This document shows, piece by piece, positions 1 to 11,400 of a stretch of 64,000 bases of DNA. Both the position numbers and the translations under genes were made by a program. Each line of letters starts with the position of its first letter. The first letter of the stretch is position 1. The notes under the pieces are model-generated. The model was not told where the DNA came from and made no database searches. It saw only the letters and a program-made list of their open reading frames with translations. This DNA is from Malacoraja senta (Eukaryota), in assembly GCA_038087875.1 (NCBI GenBank), contig CM075981.1:19344001-19408000 (forward strand). Direction: 5' to 3'.

Positions 1-30
1 TCTTGACCATCCGCAGTCACGGATTAGCTT

Positions 31-3000
31 TTACACCTGTTTTGCACCATACGTTTCCAAAAAGACGACAAATGGAGACCAACTCGTTATGAATTGGTCA
101 AATTTATCTATTAGGAGGAATCGCATTTCCTCAAGATGTGCGGTATCCAACATACTTGCAATCCACATTTTGAGCATTGGTATTGGTGTATTTTTCCAAA
201 ATTTCAATATTAATTTTTTTGCTATTATTAAACCATAATTAAAAATTGACTTTTGAGATGAGCTCAATTTGTTCCCGTCTTCCATTACCCCAAATATAAT
301 CAATTCATTATTGGGTTCCATTTTTGTCTTAAATAATTTTGTAAATATTTCGAAAATATCACTCCAAAATCCATGAAGTTTTATACAAGAAACAAAAGAG
401 TGTGTTATAGTTGCTTCTTGGATTAAACATTTATCGCAAATGGGCGATATATTTGGATAAAATTTATTTAATCTTGTTTTTGAGTAATATAATCTATGTA
501 AAATTTTAAATTGGATTAGATTATGTCTTGCGTTAATCGAACACTTGTGAATGTATGTCAAATACTTTTTCCCATGTAGCCTTCGTAATTTTTATCAATA
601 ATTCCCGTTCCCACTCTTCTCTAATTACCTCGGTCACAGGTAAATCTATATTTAAGATACTATTATATAAATATGCTATTAATTTTTGTGTATCAGCTTT
701 TATATTCATTACTTCTTCTAGTAAATCAGGAGTTATTTTTTGATATCCCTGTATGTATGTCTTCAAAAAATTACAAATCTGAAAATATTTAAAATAATGA
801 GTGTTTTTCAGTTTAAATTTTAATTGTAATTGTTGAAATGATAATAAATCTCCCATTTCATACATATCCCCGATCCTTTTAATTCCTAAACTTTCCCATT
901 GATTATATATTTTATCCATCATAGATGGTTTAAATAAAGGATTATTCGCTATCGGTGTTAACAATGATAGGTTTCTTAATTTTAAGGATAGTTTTATTTG
1001 TTTCCATATTCTTATTGTATCTTGTATAATTGGGTTTTTCTTATATATTGTATTGTTCATTTTTTTCGGGGAGAAGAGGATTGTTCCTATATTACAAGGA
1101 TAACAATCCTCTTTCTCCATTTTTATCCATTCTGTCTGTTGAGTTGAACTATCCAACCAGTAAATTATATTCTTAATATGTATTGCCCAATAGTAATACA
1201 AAAAATTAGGGAGTGAAAGTCCCCCGACATCTTTTGGTTTACATAAGTGTTCTTTTTTAATTCTATGTGATTTGTAATCCCAAACAAAATTAGTAATATT
1301 AGCATTCAGTTTAGAGAAGAAATATTTTGGTACATATACTGGTATAGATTGAAATAAGTATAATAACTGTGGTAAGAAGCTCATTTTAATAGCATTTATT
1401 CTGCCTATTAATGATAAAGGGAGTGTTTTCCAAAATTTTATCATTATATTAAGTTTATTTATTAAGGGTATAAAATTAGCATTGAATAAAGCTTTATGTT
1501 TTCTAGTAATCTGTATACCCAGATATTTGAATTTTTCTGTTGCTATTTTAAAGGGGAATTTCAATAAGTGTGTGGATTCTTGAGGTTTTAACGTCATAAT
1601 TTCACTTTTGTTCCAATTTATTCTATACCCTGAAAAGGACCCAAATTCCTCTATTAAATTTAATAAATTTGGTATACTCGTTTGTGAATTTGTTATATAT
1701 AACAAAATATCGTCTGCATACAATGAAATTTTATTATTTGAGTCCCTAGTATTATAACCCTGAATATTCGGATGGCTTCTTATACTTTCAGCCAGAGGTT
1801 CTATCATAAGGGCAAATAGCAGGGGTGATAAAGCACATCCCTGCCTATTACCCCTTGATAATTGAATTTTTTGAGATAACATGCTGTTAGTTAATATTCT
1901 TGCCATCGGTTTATCATATAATAATTTCACCCATGCAATAAAATTCTCTCCCATATTAAATTTTTGTAATACTATGTATAAATACTGCCATTCTACCTGA
2001 TCAAATGCTTTCTCTGCGTCCAAAGAAATAATTGCTAAGTCTTTTTCTTCCTTTTTATGTGAGTACATTATATTAAACAGGCGTCTCAAATTATTAAATG
2101 AATATCTTTTGGGTATAAACCCCGTTTGATCAGGGTTTATCAATTTACTAATATATTTGCTTAGTCTTCTAGCTAAGGTCTTTGCTAGAATTTTCTGGTC
2201 GGTATTTAAAAGTGATATAGCTCTATATGAACCCGGTTCCTCTAGATCTTTATCTTTCTTTGGAATAAGCGTAATAGTTGATTCTGCTAATGTTTCAGGT
2301 AATTTATTTTCTTTAAAAACGTGAGTATATAAATTAAATAGATAGGGGGTCGTTATCTCATGAAACTTTTTATAAAATTCATTACTAAAACCATCTGGTC
2401 CCGGTGTCTTACCATTTTTCAGCAATTTTATTGTTTCACCTATTTCTTCGATTGTAATTTGCGCTCCTAGTTCTTCTTGTTCCAAAAGGTCAAGTTTTGG
2501 TAGATTACATTTATCTAAAAAATTTGTAATTTTACTATCTTCTGTTTTGGTTTTTGATGTGTATAAATTCTGATAAAATTGAACAAATCTTTTATTGATC
2601 TCTTTAGGTAGTGTTAGTAATTCACCATTCTCAGATTTAATTTTATTTATAGTATTTTCCTTTTCCTGTTTTTTCAATTGACGCGCCAACAGCTTATGTG
2701 GTTTGTCACCAAACTCAAAATGTTCCTGTTTTGTAATTTGGAATAATCTTATTACTCTTGCCGAGAGAATTCGGTTAAGTTTAAATTTCAGTAGTATTAT
2801 CTTATTATGTTTATCTATAGTGGGATCTTTAGCATTATCTAACTCTAACTGTCTTATTTCTTGTTCTAACAGCATCTGTTCAGTTTTATTCTTCTTATTT
2901 TGAAAAATTTCATATGAAATTATAATTCCTCTAATAAATGCTTTAAAAGTTTCCCATATTAAAGAAGGTGAGGTACCTGGTGTATCATTTATCTCAAGAA

Positions 3001-3841
3001 ATGATATCATTTGTTGTTTCAAATATTGATAACCCTGTAGGTCATTTAATATATATGTGTTAAACCTCCAAAAAAAATTCTTTCCCGGCATTCCTTCAAA
3101 TTTTACAAAAAAAGTCAATGGAGAGTGATCAGAAATACTACTAATATGGTAAGTTGGGTTAATTATATATGGCATTAATTTCCTATCCACTAAAAAATAA
3201 TCAATTCTTGAGTATGTTTTATGTACCGAAGAGTAAAACGAGTATTCCCTTCCTGCTGGGTTAGCAGATCTCCATACATCTGTTATGTTAGTATTTTTTA
3301 TATATGTATTTAGAAATTCACTAGTCTTAGATTTTGTATTACTCCTTCTTTGTTTTGCTGATTTGTCTAAGTAAGGATCTAAAACACAATTGAAATCCCC
3401 TCCTATTATGACATTTTGATAATTAAACTCCAGTATTATATCTATAATTTTCTCAAAAAATTGAGGGTTATCAAAATTCGGAGCGTAAATATTTACCATA
3501 GTTATTGGGGTAGCATAAATTTCTCCCGAAACTATAATATACCTTCCCTCTTTATCTGATATAGTATTCTTTAATTTGAACGGTATACCTTTTCGAATAA
3601 GAATAGCCGTACCTCTAGATTTAGAAGTAAATGACGAATAATATGTTTGGCCTATCCACTTCGCCTTTAATCTCATTTGTGTTTCCTGTTTCATGTGAGT
3701 TTCTTGCAAGTAGATTATGTCGCTTTTCAAAGATTTTAGGTGAGCAAAAATGTTACCCCTCTTTATTGGTTCATTGGCACCCCTTATATTCCAACTACAG
3801 AATGTGATTCCTCCATTCTTTATTTGCCTATCGTCCTGCAT
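31..3841 (-). CDS. L1 ORF2 (APE endonuclease + RT + C-terminal Cys/His domain), one frameshift near 565
   Basis: Motifs SWNIRG, LQETH, GGDFN, SRIDY, SDHSP, GPDG, DAEKAFD, RQGCALSP, LYADD and CPICDKC..H..C; ORFs 533-3841 and 31-561 join if a T5 run at 566-570 is read as T4, as in the sister copy at ~55203. Confidence 0.93.
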
Positions 3842-4800
3842 TGTATATCAAAGTGATGTTCTTGAAACATATGGTGCAAACAAATACCTCCGTGTTCTGG
3901 ACGTTGGGTGGTCATTCCAAATTTTTAAGTTTACATTACATCTCCATCTCCAAAAGTGCCTTAGATAAAGCAAGAAAAGTTGTGATTTACAATTAATTAA
4001 GTGATTTTAAAAAAAAAGTGAAATTAAGGTATCTAAAAGCAGGTACCTTAAAGACAAATAGCCACCTAAGGTGGCGAAAGAATTATAGACTTCCTTTGAT
4101 GTTATTTTACAGTGAGCCCCAATCCCTTATTAACACCTCGTAAAAAATAATTTAAAAAAAAAACTACAAACCGTCTCGTTTATTCTTGTATAACTTTATC
4201 AAACTAGCGTTAGTAAAATGCCCCCCAAAAAATTAATTAAAAAAAAAAAATTAGTAATAATAGTAATAATAATAACAAAAATATGCAAAGATAAAATATT
4301 AAAGAGTTAAAGAAAAAGAAAACATTAATGTAATTAAACCCCAAATCCAAATATAAACCACAACCTATTCTAATTTCTATAAGTATTTGTACTGTACCAA
4401 TTTATCTAGCCAGCTACCCTACAAGCAGGTACCGAGGGGTTAACCTCATTCCTGGCTTTTTTCCACGTTTATGTTGCGTTCCCACTCAAAAAGAAAGAAA
4501 GAAAATGTTAGTAATGTTATAGACATTTTGGTTAATTACAATTTATAAGCAATGGTTTATTCATGAATATTCATACTTACTACACACACTCACATTAGTT
4601 TTGTTAAAGTTAGTTAGTTAATTGTAATTAGCATATAATAGTTAAATACTCAGGTTATCTCGTTCTTTGTACGAGAGCTTTTCATTCAAGGTTAAACAAT
4701 ATTGTCCAATACATTCCAGACAGATAAGCTCAGTAACTGTCTGAGAAATCCGCCAGTTCCAGCTCCATCTTAGAAATTAAAAAGTTCCATGTTCATTCCT

Positions 4801-5823
4801 TTAGTCGTCTTCTTCTGAAGTTTCGGATGCTTTCCTCATGATATCTTCTGCATATTTAAATGCTTTTTCTGGGTCCGTAAATGAGCGCTCAATTTCCTTA
4901 TATGTAATTTTCATTTTTGCAGGAAAAACAATACCATATCTGACTTTAGAAATACCCCTCAATATGTTTCTTGTCGGTGTAAACAGGTTCATTCTCTGGA
5001 CAATCTCTGGAGGATAATCACGGAAAAATCGGATCTTTTCCCCACGATATATCAAATTTTCACCATGAACAATCTTCAGTATAGTTTCCACTGAAGAGAT
5101 ATCAAGAAATTTCACAATTATCTGTCTTGGAGCAGCATTTATGCCTCTTGAGACACGTCCAACTCGTTGAACAGTATCTATTCTTAGTTCTCCCGGCAGT
5201 TTAAGAACCTCTTTGAGTAATTCAGTAACGAAAGTACGTGTTTGAGATACATGTTCTTCTCGTCCTTCTCTTACTCCAACAATTCTCAAATTCTGCCACC
5301 TTGCTCTCGCTTCCAAGTCCAAACATTTGTCAGTCATTCTTGCCAGCTTTTCTGCTTCATCTTTCTTTGATTTTTTCAGACTGTTTATTTCCATGATCAT
5401 CTCTTTCATATCACTTTCCATCTCTTCCATTCTCTCGTCAATGTTGTCCATCTTAGCATTTACACCAGAAAGCTTCTTATTATAATCCTTTTCGACTCTA
5501 ACAATTTCTGAGTTAAGTTTTTTATCAAACTCATTATGTTGCTTCTTCAGCTCCTTTAACTCATCACAGGCACCATCAATTTTATGAGAAAATATTTCCA
5601 TATTATTCTCCATACTCTTAATTGTAGTAGTAATTTCTACAAACATTTCCTTTACCTCCAGCTCTTTCTTTCCTCCTTTTGTAGCCATTTCCAGCACAAC
5701 TCCTTGGCTATCGGGCTCCTCCTCAGAACCTTCTTCAGTTGTTTGCAGAGTATCCAACACACTTTTCAGCTGGAGGCTTATAGTGGGTTTTTTTGGTGCG
5801 CGTGAACAAGTCCTCTTGCTCAT
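4801..5823 (-). CDS. L1 ORF1 protein (340 aa, open)
   Basis: Long heptad-rich coiled coil, then DLEARARWQNLRIVG, PRQIIVKF, IRFFRDYPPE and YGIVFPAKMKI, typical of L1 ORF1p. Confidence 0.92.
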   Translation of the reverse strand: MSKRTCSRAPKKPTISLQLKSVLDTLQTTEEGSEEEPDSQGVVLEMATKGGKKELEVKEMFVEITTTIKSMENNMEIFSHKIDGACDELKELKKQHNEFDKKLNSEIVRVEKDYNKKLSGVNAKMDNIDERMEEMESDMKEMIMEINSLKKSKKDEAEKLARMTDKCLDLEARARWQNLRIVGVREGREEHVSQTRTFVTELLKEVLKLPGELRIDTVQRVGRVSRGINAAPRQIIVKFLDISSVETILKIVHGENLIYRGEKIRFFRDYPPEIVQRMNLFTPTRNILRGISKVRYGIVFPAKMKITYKEIERSFTDPEKAFKYAEDIMRKASETSEEDD

Positions 5824-6289
5824 TTAAAAGTCTGTTATCTAATGATGTTTTCCTTATGCAAACCAAGCAGCTCCGTTGAGTTATTTTTAACTTTAAAACG
5901 GCTTTTTGATAATTTTTACGGGAGTGAAGCTCACTGCAGCGTCCTCAATGTTCCATGACGCTACCGGAAGTCTCCCTGTTCCAAGCTCTAACACAGGCTT
6001 GGATTACAAGGTGGACAGATGGATGTGCTCAAAGTTTCCTTGAAGAAATGCAGCTTCACACTGACTCCAGGGAATACTTGACCCATGACCATTCAAAATT
6101 CAGGATGGCATTGGGAACTTCCAACACGTGCATTGGAAACGTGTGGCGGTCCAGTGTAAACAGTGGAAGAAATGCAGTTTCTTGCAAATTTCCCACCCAC
6201 CCATCCCATCAGACACCACTTATACCATATGCGGGTCCCACACTGACCTCATCAGTCACCCCAAAACCCAGAGAACCAGAATGGAACCA

Positions 6290-6695
6290 CCATCCTTAAT
6301 CCTGCGCGATTGTTTCAGAATGAGTCACTTTGTTGCTCTTCATAGATTACTGTCTGTTTGCCTTTTCCTGAGCTTGAATCATGCTGACTGGTACATTGCA
6401 CTGATTTTGATCTTCGATCCACATACTCAGCATCCACTCCACGTGTTCCATTATAGAACTCCAAGCAAAATAGGTTTTTGTTGCACTTGCTGATGGCCTT
6501 AATTCAGCACTTTTTAAAATCTTCTTAGCATTGTCTCGAATGCCACAAACAGTGCTCTCACAACACATTTGATACATGCTCTCCTCCCTGATGAGCAAAT
6601 CTAATTTCACATCAATTGTGATTGCTTTTAGGGTTTTTTTAGCTTATGGCTTCCCTGATGAGGCAGATGGATGTTTTCCAGACATGATTGATGGA
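6290..6695 (-). pseudogene. Tigger/pogo-type transposase N-terminal relic (psq and CENP-B HTH)
   Basis: Translation gives KAITIDVKLD...ESTVCGIRDNAKKI...MEHVEWMLSMWIEDQNQCNVPVSMIQAQEKA, resembling Tigger/TIGD DNA-binding domains, with in-frame stops; no TIRs recognised. Confidence 0.7.
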
Positions 6696-8203
6696 GAAAA
6701 TAGAGTTTTACACTAAAAAGATGTGCAAAATACACACACACACACGGACGGTTGTACTGTACAGCACCTTGCCAGGCCACCATAGTACTACACTACCAGG
6801 TGTAAATTTGAGTCATTATTTCAATAATATGGAGGTGTAAATTGTAAATTAAACTTTGGTATTAATTAAACTAGCATGTTGTTCCAAAAATGCATAATTC
6901 AAACATGCGTAAAACACAAGGTGCCTGTACTTACAACGTCCTTTAGTTCCTCGCTTTCGCTGGATCTTCTCAGGTATTTTGAGAATTTTTGTCTCCTCTT
7001 TCATGAAGACAATTATAAAGCAGTTATTTAATTCCTCTGCTGTTTTCCTATTCTTTAATTCAAATTATCTTGTCTCAGTTTGTGAATGGTCATCATTTGC
7101 CTACGTTTTCTATTTTATACATGTACATACAGTCTGTTAATTTGGCTCTTACCAGTCTACACTCATATTCTATTTTGTCTTTCTCATCAATGTTGAATTC
7201 TATAAAGCTCCCAATCCACAGGCCTATGGCTATTTCTGCGACTTTGTAAGTTTCTACACTTTACCCACACATACCTGTACCACCCAATAAAGCTTTGAGT
7301 CTTCTGCAATATTGGAGATATTACATTTGGTTCTCACCTAAATCATTGATCCATGTTGTTTTTGGATGAGTTCCCAGCACTGATCATTCCCTGACTCCAT
7401 TGGTCACTGTCTCCCGCCTGGTCCAAAATCTGTTCATTCCAACAGTTTTTTCTTTCCTGCAGTTCTCAACCCATCCAAACCACCTGCTTTAATTTTGCTC
7501 ACTTACAATTTTTCCGAGTCTTCAGTAAATGCTTTTGGACAATTCAATACACCCACCCACTGGTCACCCCTGATCTTTTCTACCAGTTGCCTCCTTAAAA
7601 TACTCCAGTTGATTTGTTAAGCATGATTTCTCCTTTTTAAACACATGATGACTTTGGCTAACCCTGTTACTTTCCAGCATTTTCCCCTTTACTGATGGTA
7701 GGCTCACTAATATGATTCCTTGTTAATTTTCTCTGCTCTTTACTCATACTGATTTCTGTCAGATACTTGGTTCCATGGAATATTTTATGCCTACATTTAC
7801 GAAGACAAAATTGAAAGCTACATATAATTGTTCTGTCATTGCGTTGTTCCCATTTAGAATTATCCTGGATTCCAGTCATGGGCGACAAGGATCTGTTTTC
7901 ACAATTCTTTATCAGTTTAGCCTGGTCCAGTCCCACAGTTGTGCACGCACACTAACCACAGGTGATCACTTTTCCCAACTGTGTGTCATGGAAGCCCAAG
8001 ATCCCACCCTTACCCTCCCCACCCATCCTTCCCCACCCATCCCACCTCCACCCTTACTACTGTAGCTCTCCCACCTATCCACACCCACTGCTGCCGATGG
8101 GCTGAGATTAGTGGGATCCTCTCCATCCCCATACCACAGGAACATCTGTCCAGAGATAAGTACATGCCCTTGGATCCAGGGTGGAGTATGGTCATCTCCT
8201 GAC

Positions 8204-8422
8204 CTATAAAGGGTGGGATTTTCCATGGGCTCGTCCTCTACCCTTGATTGAGGCAAAGTGTGGGATCCCAGAATAATTCACTGTTTCATACTCTTGGATC
8301 ATGCTCTCCCTGGGGTTTCTGTGCCCTCCTCTTTTGGCTGGTCCAGGAACTGGCGTCACAGGAGATTTCACTGTGTCATATATGGTGCAAGGCATCTCCA
8401 GCCTCTCCTTGTTCTGAGCCTG
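8204..8422 (-). CDS. SLAM/CD2-like exon 6 (cytoplasmic tail, ITSM TIYDTV, stop)
   Basis: Acceptor ctctctctgctttctCAGCAG| in phase 0; reads AQNKERLEMPCTIYDTVKSP...HPL*, with TAG at 8206-8204. An internal donor cannot be excluded. Confidence 0.75.
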   Translation of the reverse strand, partial: QAQNKERLEMPCTIYDTVKSPVTPVPGPAKRGGHRNPRESMIQEYETVNYSGIPHFASIKGRGRAHGKSHPL

Positions 8423-11400
8423 CTGAGAAAGCAGAGAGAGTTCAGAGGATTAGAGTTTATAAATTATGAGAGCCTTAGTTAAGACAGGCCATCAGAACCT
8501 TTCTCCCAGGGTGGAAATGTCAAAGATTAGAGGGCATAACTTTAAGGTGAGCCGAGACTCGAGCGTGTTTAATTGTCATATGTATTGAAAACAGAAGAAT
8601 GAAATTCTTATTTGGAAGGGCAAATTTTAATGGAGATGTGCGGGACAATTATTTTACTCAGCGATGCTGGGTGCCAGTAATGCCCCACCATGCGTGGTGG
8701 TGGAGACAGATACTATAGTGGCATTTAAGAGGCTTTTGGACAGGCACATAATTATGGAGGGATGTGGATCACATGCAAGCAGAGAAGATTAGTTTAACGT
8801 GGCTTCATGTTCAGTGTTGATATTGTGGGCTGCAGGGAGCTTGTTTCTGTATGTACTCTTCTATATTATCCTTAGTCACCCATTGTATGGGCAAATTCAT
8901 GAAGGTGTAAACACTAACTAGGTGTGTGGGGGGTACACAGTGGTGGGTGTGTGAGGTCAATGTACCCCAGTAACTGTGTGTTGGGACAGTGTACCCCAGT
9001 GACTGGGTGTGTTGGGACAGTCTACCCCAGTCACTGGGGATTTGGGGGGGACAGTGTATTACCAGTGAGAGTGGCGATGAGTGAAGCGGCATCTCCTGTC
9101 CAAGCAAAGAGTAGGAGTAAACGGGTCCTTTTCACAATGGCAGGCAGTGACTAGTGGGGTACCGCAAGGCTCAGTGCTGGGACCCCAGCTATTTACAATT
9201 TATATTAATGATCTGGATGAGGGAATTGAAGGCAACATCTCCAAGTTTGCGGATGACACTAAGCTGGGGGGCAGTGTTAGCTGTGAGGAGGATGCTAGGA
9301 GACTGCAAGGTGACTTGGATAGGCTGGGTGAGTGGGCAAATGTTTGGCAGCTGCAGTATAATGTGGATAAATGTGAGGTTATCCACTTTGGTGGCAAAAA
9401 CAGGAAAGCAGACTATTATCTAAATGGTGGCCGATTAGGAAATGGGGAGATGCAGCGAGACCTGGGTGTCATGGTACACCAGTCATTGAAAGTAGGCATG
9501 CAGGTGCAGCAGGCAGTGAAGAAAGCGAATGGTATGTTAGCTTTCATAGCAAAAGGATTTGAGTATAGGAGCAGGGAGGTTCTACTGCAGTTGTACAGGG
9601 TCTTGGTGAGACCACACCTGGAGTATTGCGTACAGTTTTGGTCTCCAAATCTGAGGAAGGACATTATAGCCATAGAGGGAGTGCAGAGAAGGTTCACCAG
9701 ACTGATTTCTGGGATGTCAGGACTTTCATATGAAGAAAGACTGGATAGACTTGGCTTATACTCGCTAGAATTTAGGAGATTGAGAGGGGATCTTATAGAA
9801 ACGTACAAAATTCTTATGGGGTTGGACAGGCTAGATGCAGGAAGATTGTTCCCGATGTTGGGGAAGTCCAGGACAAGGGGTCACAGCTTAAGGATAAGGG
9901 GGAAATCCTTTAAGACCGAGATGAGGAAAAACTTTTTCACACAGAGAGTGGTGAATCTCTGGAACTCTCTGCCACAGAGGGTAGTTGAGGCCAGTTCATT
10001 GGCTATATTTAAGAGGGAGTTAGATGTGGCCCTTGTGGCTAAGGGGATCAGGGGGTATGGAGAGAAGGCAGGTACGGGATACTGAGTTGGATGATCAGCC
10101 ATGATCATATTGAATGGCGGTGCAGGCTCGAAGGGCCGAATGGCCTACTCCTGCACCTATTTTCTATGTATCTATGTAACCTGAAGTGGATGATGCTGAG
10201 ATAAGTTTCAGTCTGATCAGGAGTTTTTTCATTGAGTGCTTGGGATATTTTTGTGCCTTGTCATTGCTTTGAACTGTGGCAGAGTTCGGTGAGAGCTTAC
10301 TCAGCTGTGATTTCTAGTTCAGTGTGAGGTTGTGTTGTGCCTATATGGGATTCTGTGTCCTGCCTGCTGCAGAGATAGTAAGGATGGCCCCAGAGAACCG
10401 AGGGGTTCAGATCGCCCATCCCTGAGGCAATATGTGTCCCTTTACCATCTCGTTCTCCTCCCGAGGCTGCCTGTTGGCTGGATGTCTCTGTGGTGGCTGG
10501 GGTTGTGCATAGATAGTCTCCATGTTTGACGGGTCTGTGGGGGAGAGTAAGAAGGATGAGTACCTGCCCCCACCACGCATCATCTCCTTTCCATCCACTT
10601 TAACCCTCTTCCCTGTCAACCACTCTATCCCTCCCCTCCTCACCCTTTGCCCCTCCCGATCTACCTCCTGATCATCCCTGTCCATCCACCTTTGTACTTC
10701 CTTCCCTCACGATACTGCCCCCTTCCCCTACCTACAATCAACCCTCGTGCTCTGACTCCTTTCCCTTTTCAACTTTCATATTTCCCTGTTCTCTACCCCT
10801 TTTACCCACTATTCCCTCCCCTCACCACTTCCTCTTTACCCTGAGTGCACTTTTTCCATTCCATCCTCTGTCCTCTCCTGCCCCAATTCATCATCTCCCA
10901 TCTCGCACCATGTGCAGTCTTTCCTGGGACTACGACCACTCTGGCTCATGGGCTGGGAATCAAATACTTGCCTCCAGTGACTAGAACGTTTTGACCTCCT
11001 CCTGTTCTTCTCCTTACGAAGATGCAGACCAGAAACATGATGAAAACAGCTGCACAAGCCGCAACAACCAAAATAATAGTAATTTTACTCCATGTTGATC
11101 CCCTTTGTCCTAAAACAACAGAGGAGTCAAAATGTAATGATTCCATTTCCATTCTAGCTCTCCCACTGACAGAGAATTGATGGGATCCATCTATCCACAT
11201 GGGTTTTGATGAAGCCCTCCATTAATACAGTTTTGGTACCCTCAGTCCACCCTCTATTCACCCCTCAAAACATTCCCCTCCATCCCCGCATAGAATCCAA
11301 GGTGAGCTACCTAATTGGATCCAAAATTAGCTTGGTAAAGGGTAGCGGTGGAAGAATGGTTTTTTGATAGGATGTATTTGACTAATGGTGCACCATAAAG

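Larger units (their letters stand above)
1..5976 (-). mobile_element. L1-clade LINE, family A, near full length (3' UTR runs off the window edge)
   Basis: ORF1 (coiled coil plus L1-type C-terminal half), ~960-bp spacer, ORF2 with APE endonuclease, RT and CCHC; 5' end GGGAGACTTCCGGTAGCGTCATG at 5976-5954. Confidence 0.95.

Noticed and set aside
9416-9808. Many 60-200 aa ORFs antisense to, or overlapping, RT/gag genes (also 22941-23432, 29223-29552, 34662-35534, 47016-47447, 52166-52919)
   Set aside because: These are shadow ORFs from the codon bias or GC richness of TE coding strands; no independent motifs or splice signals.
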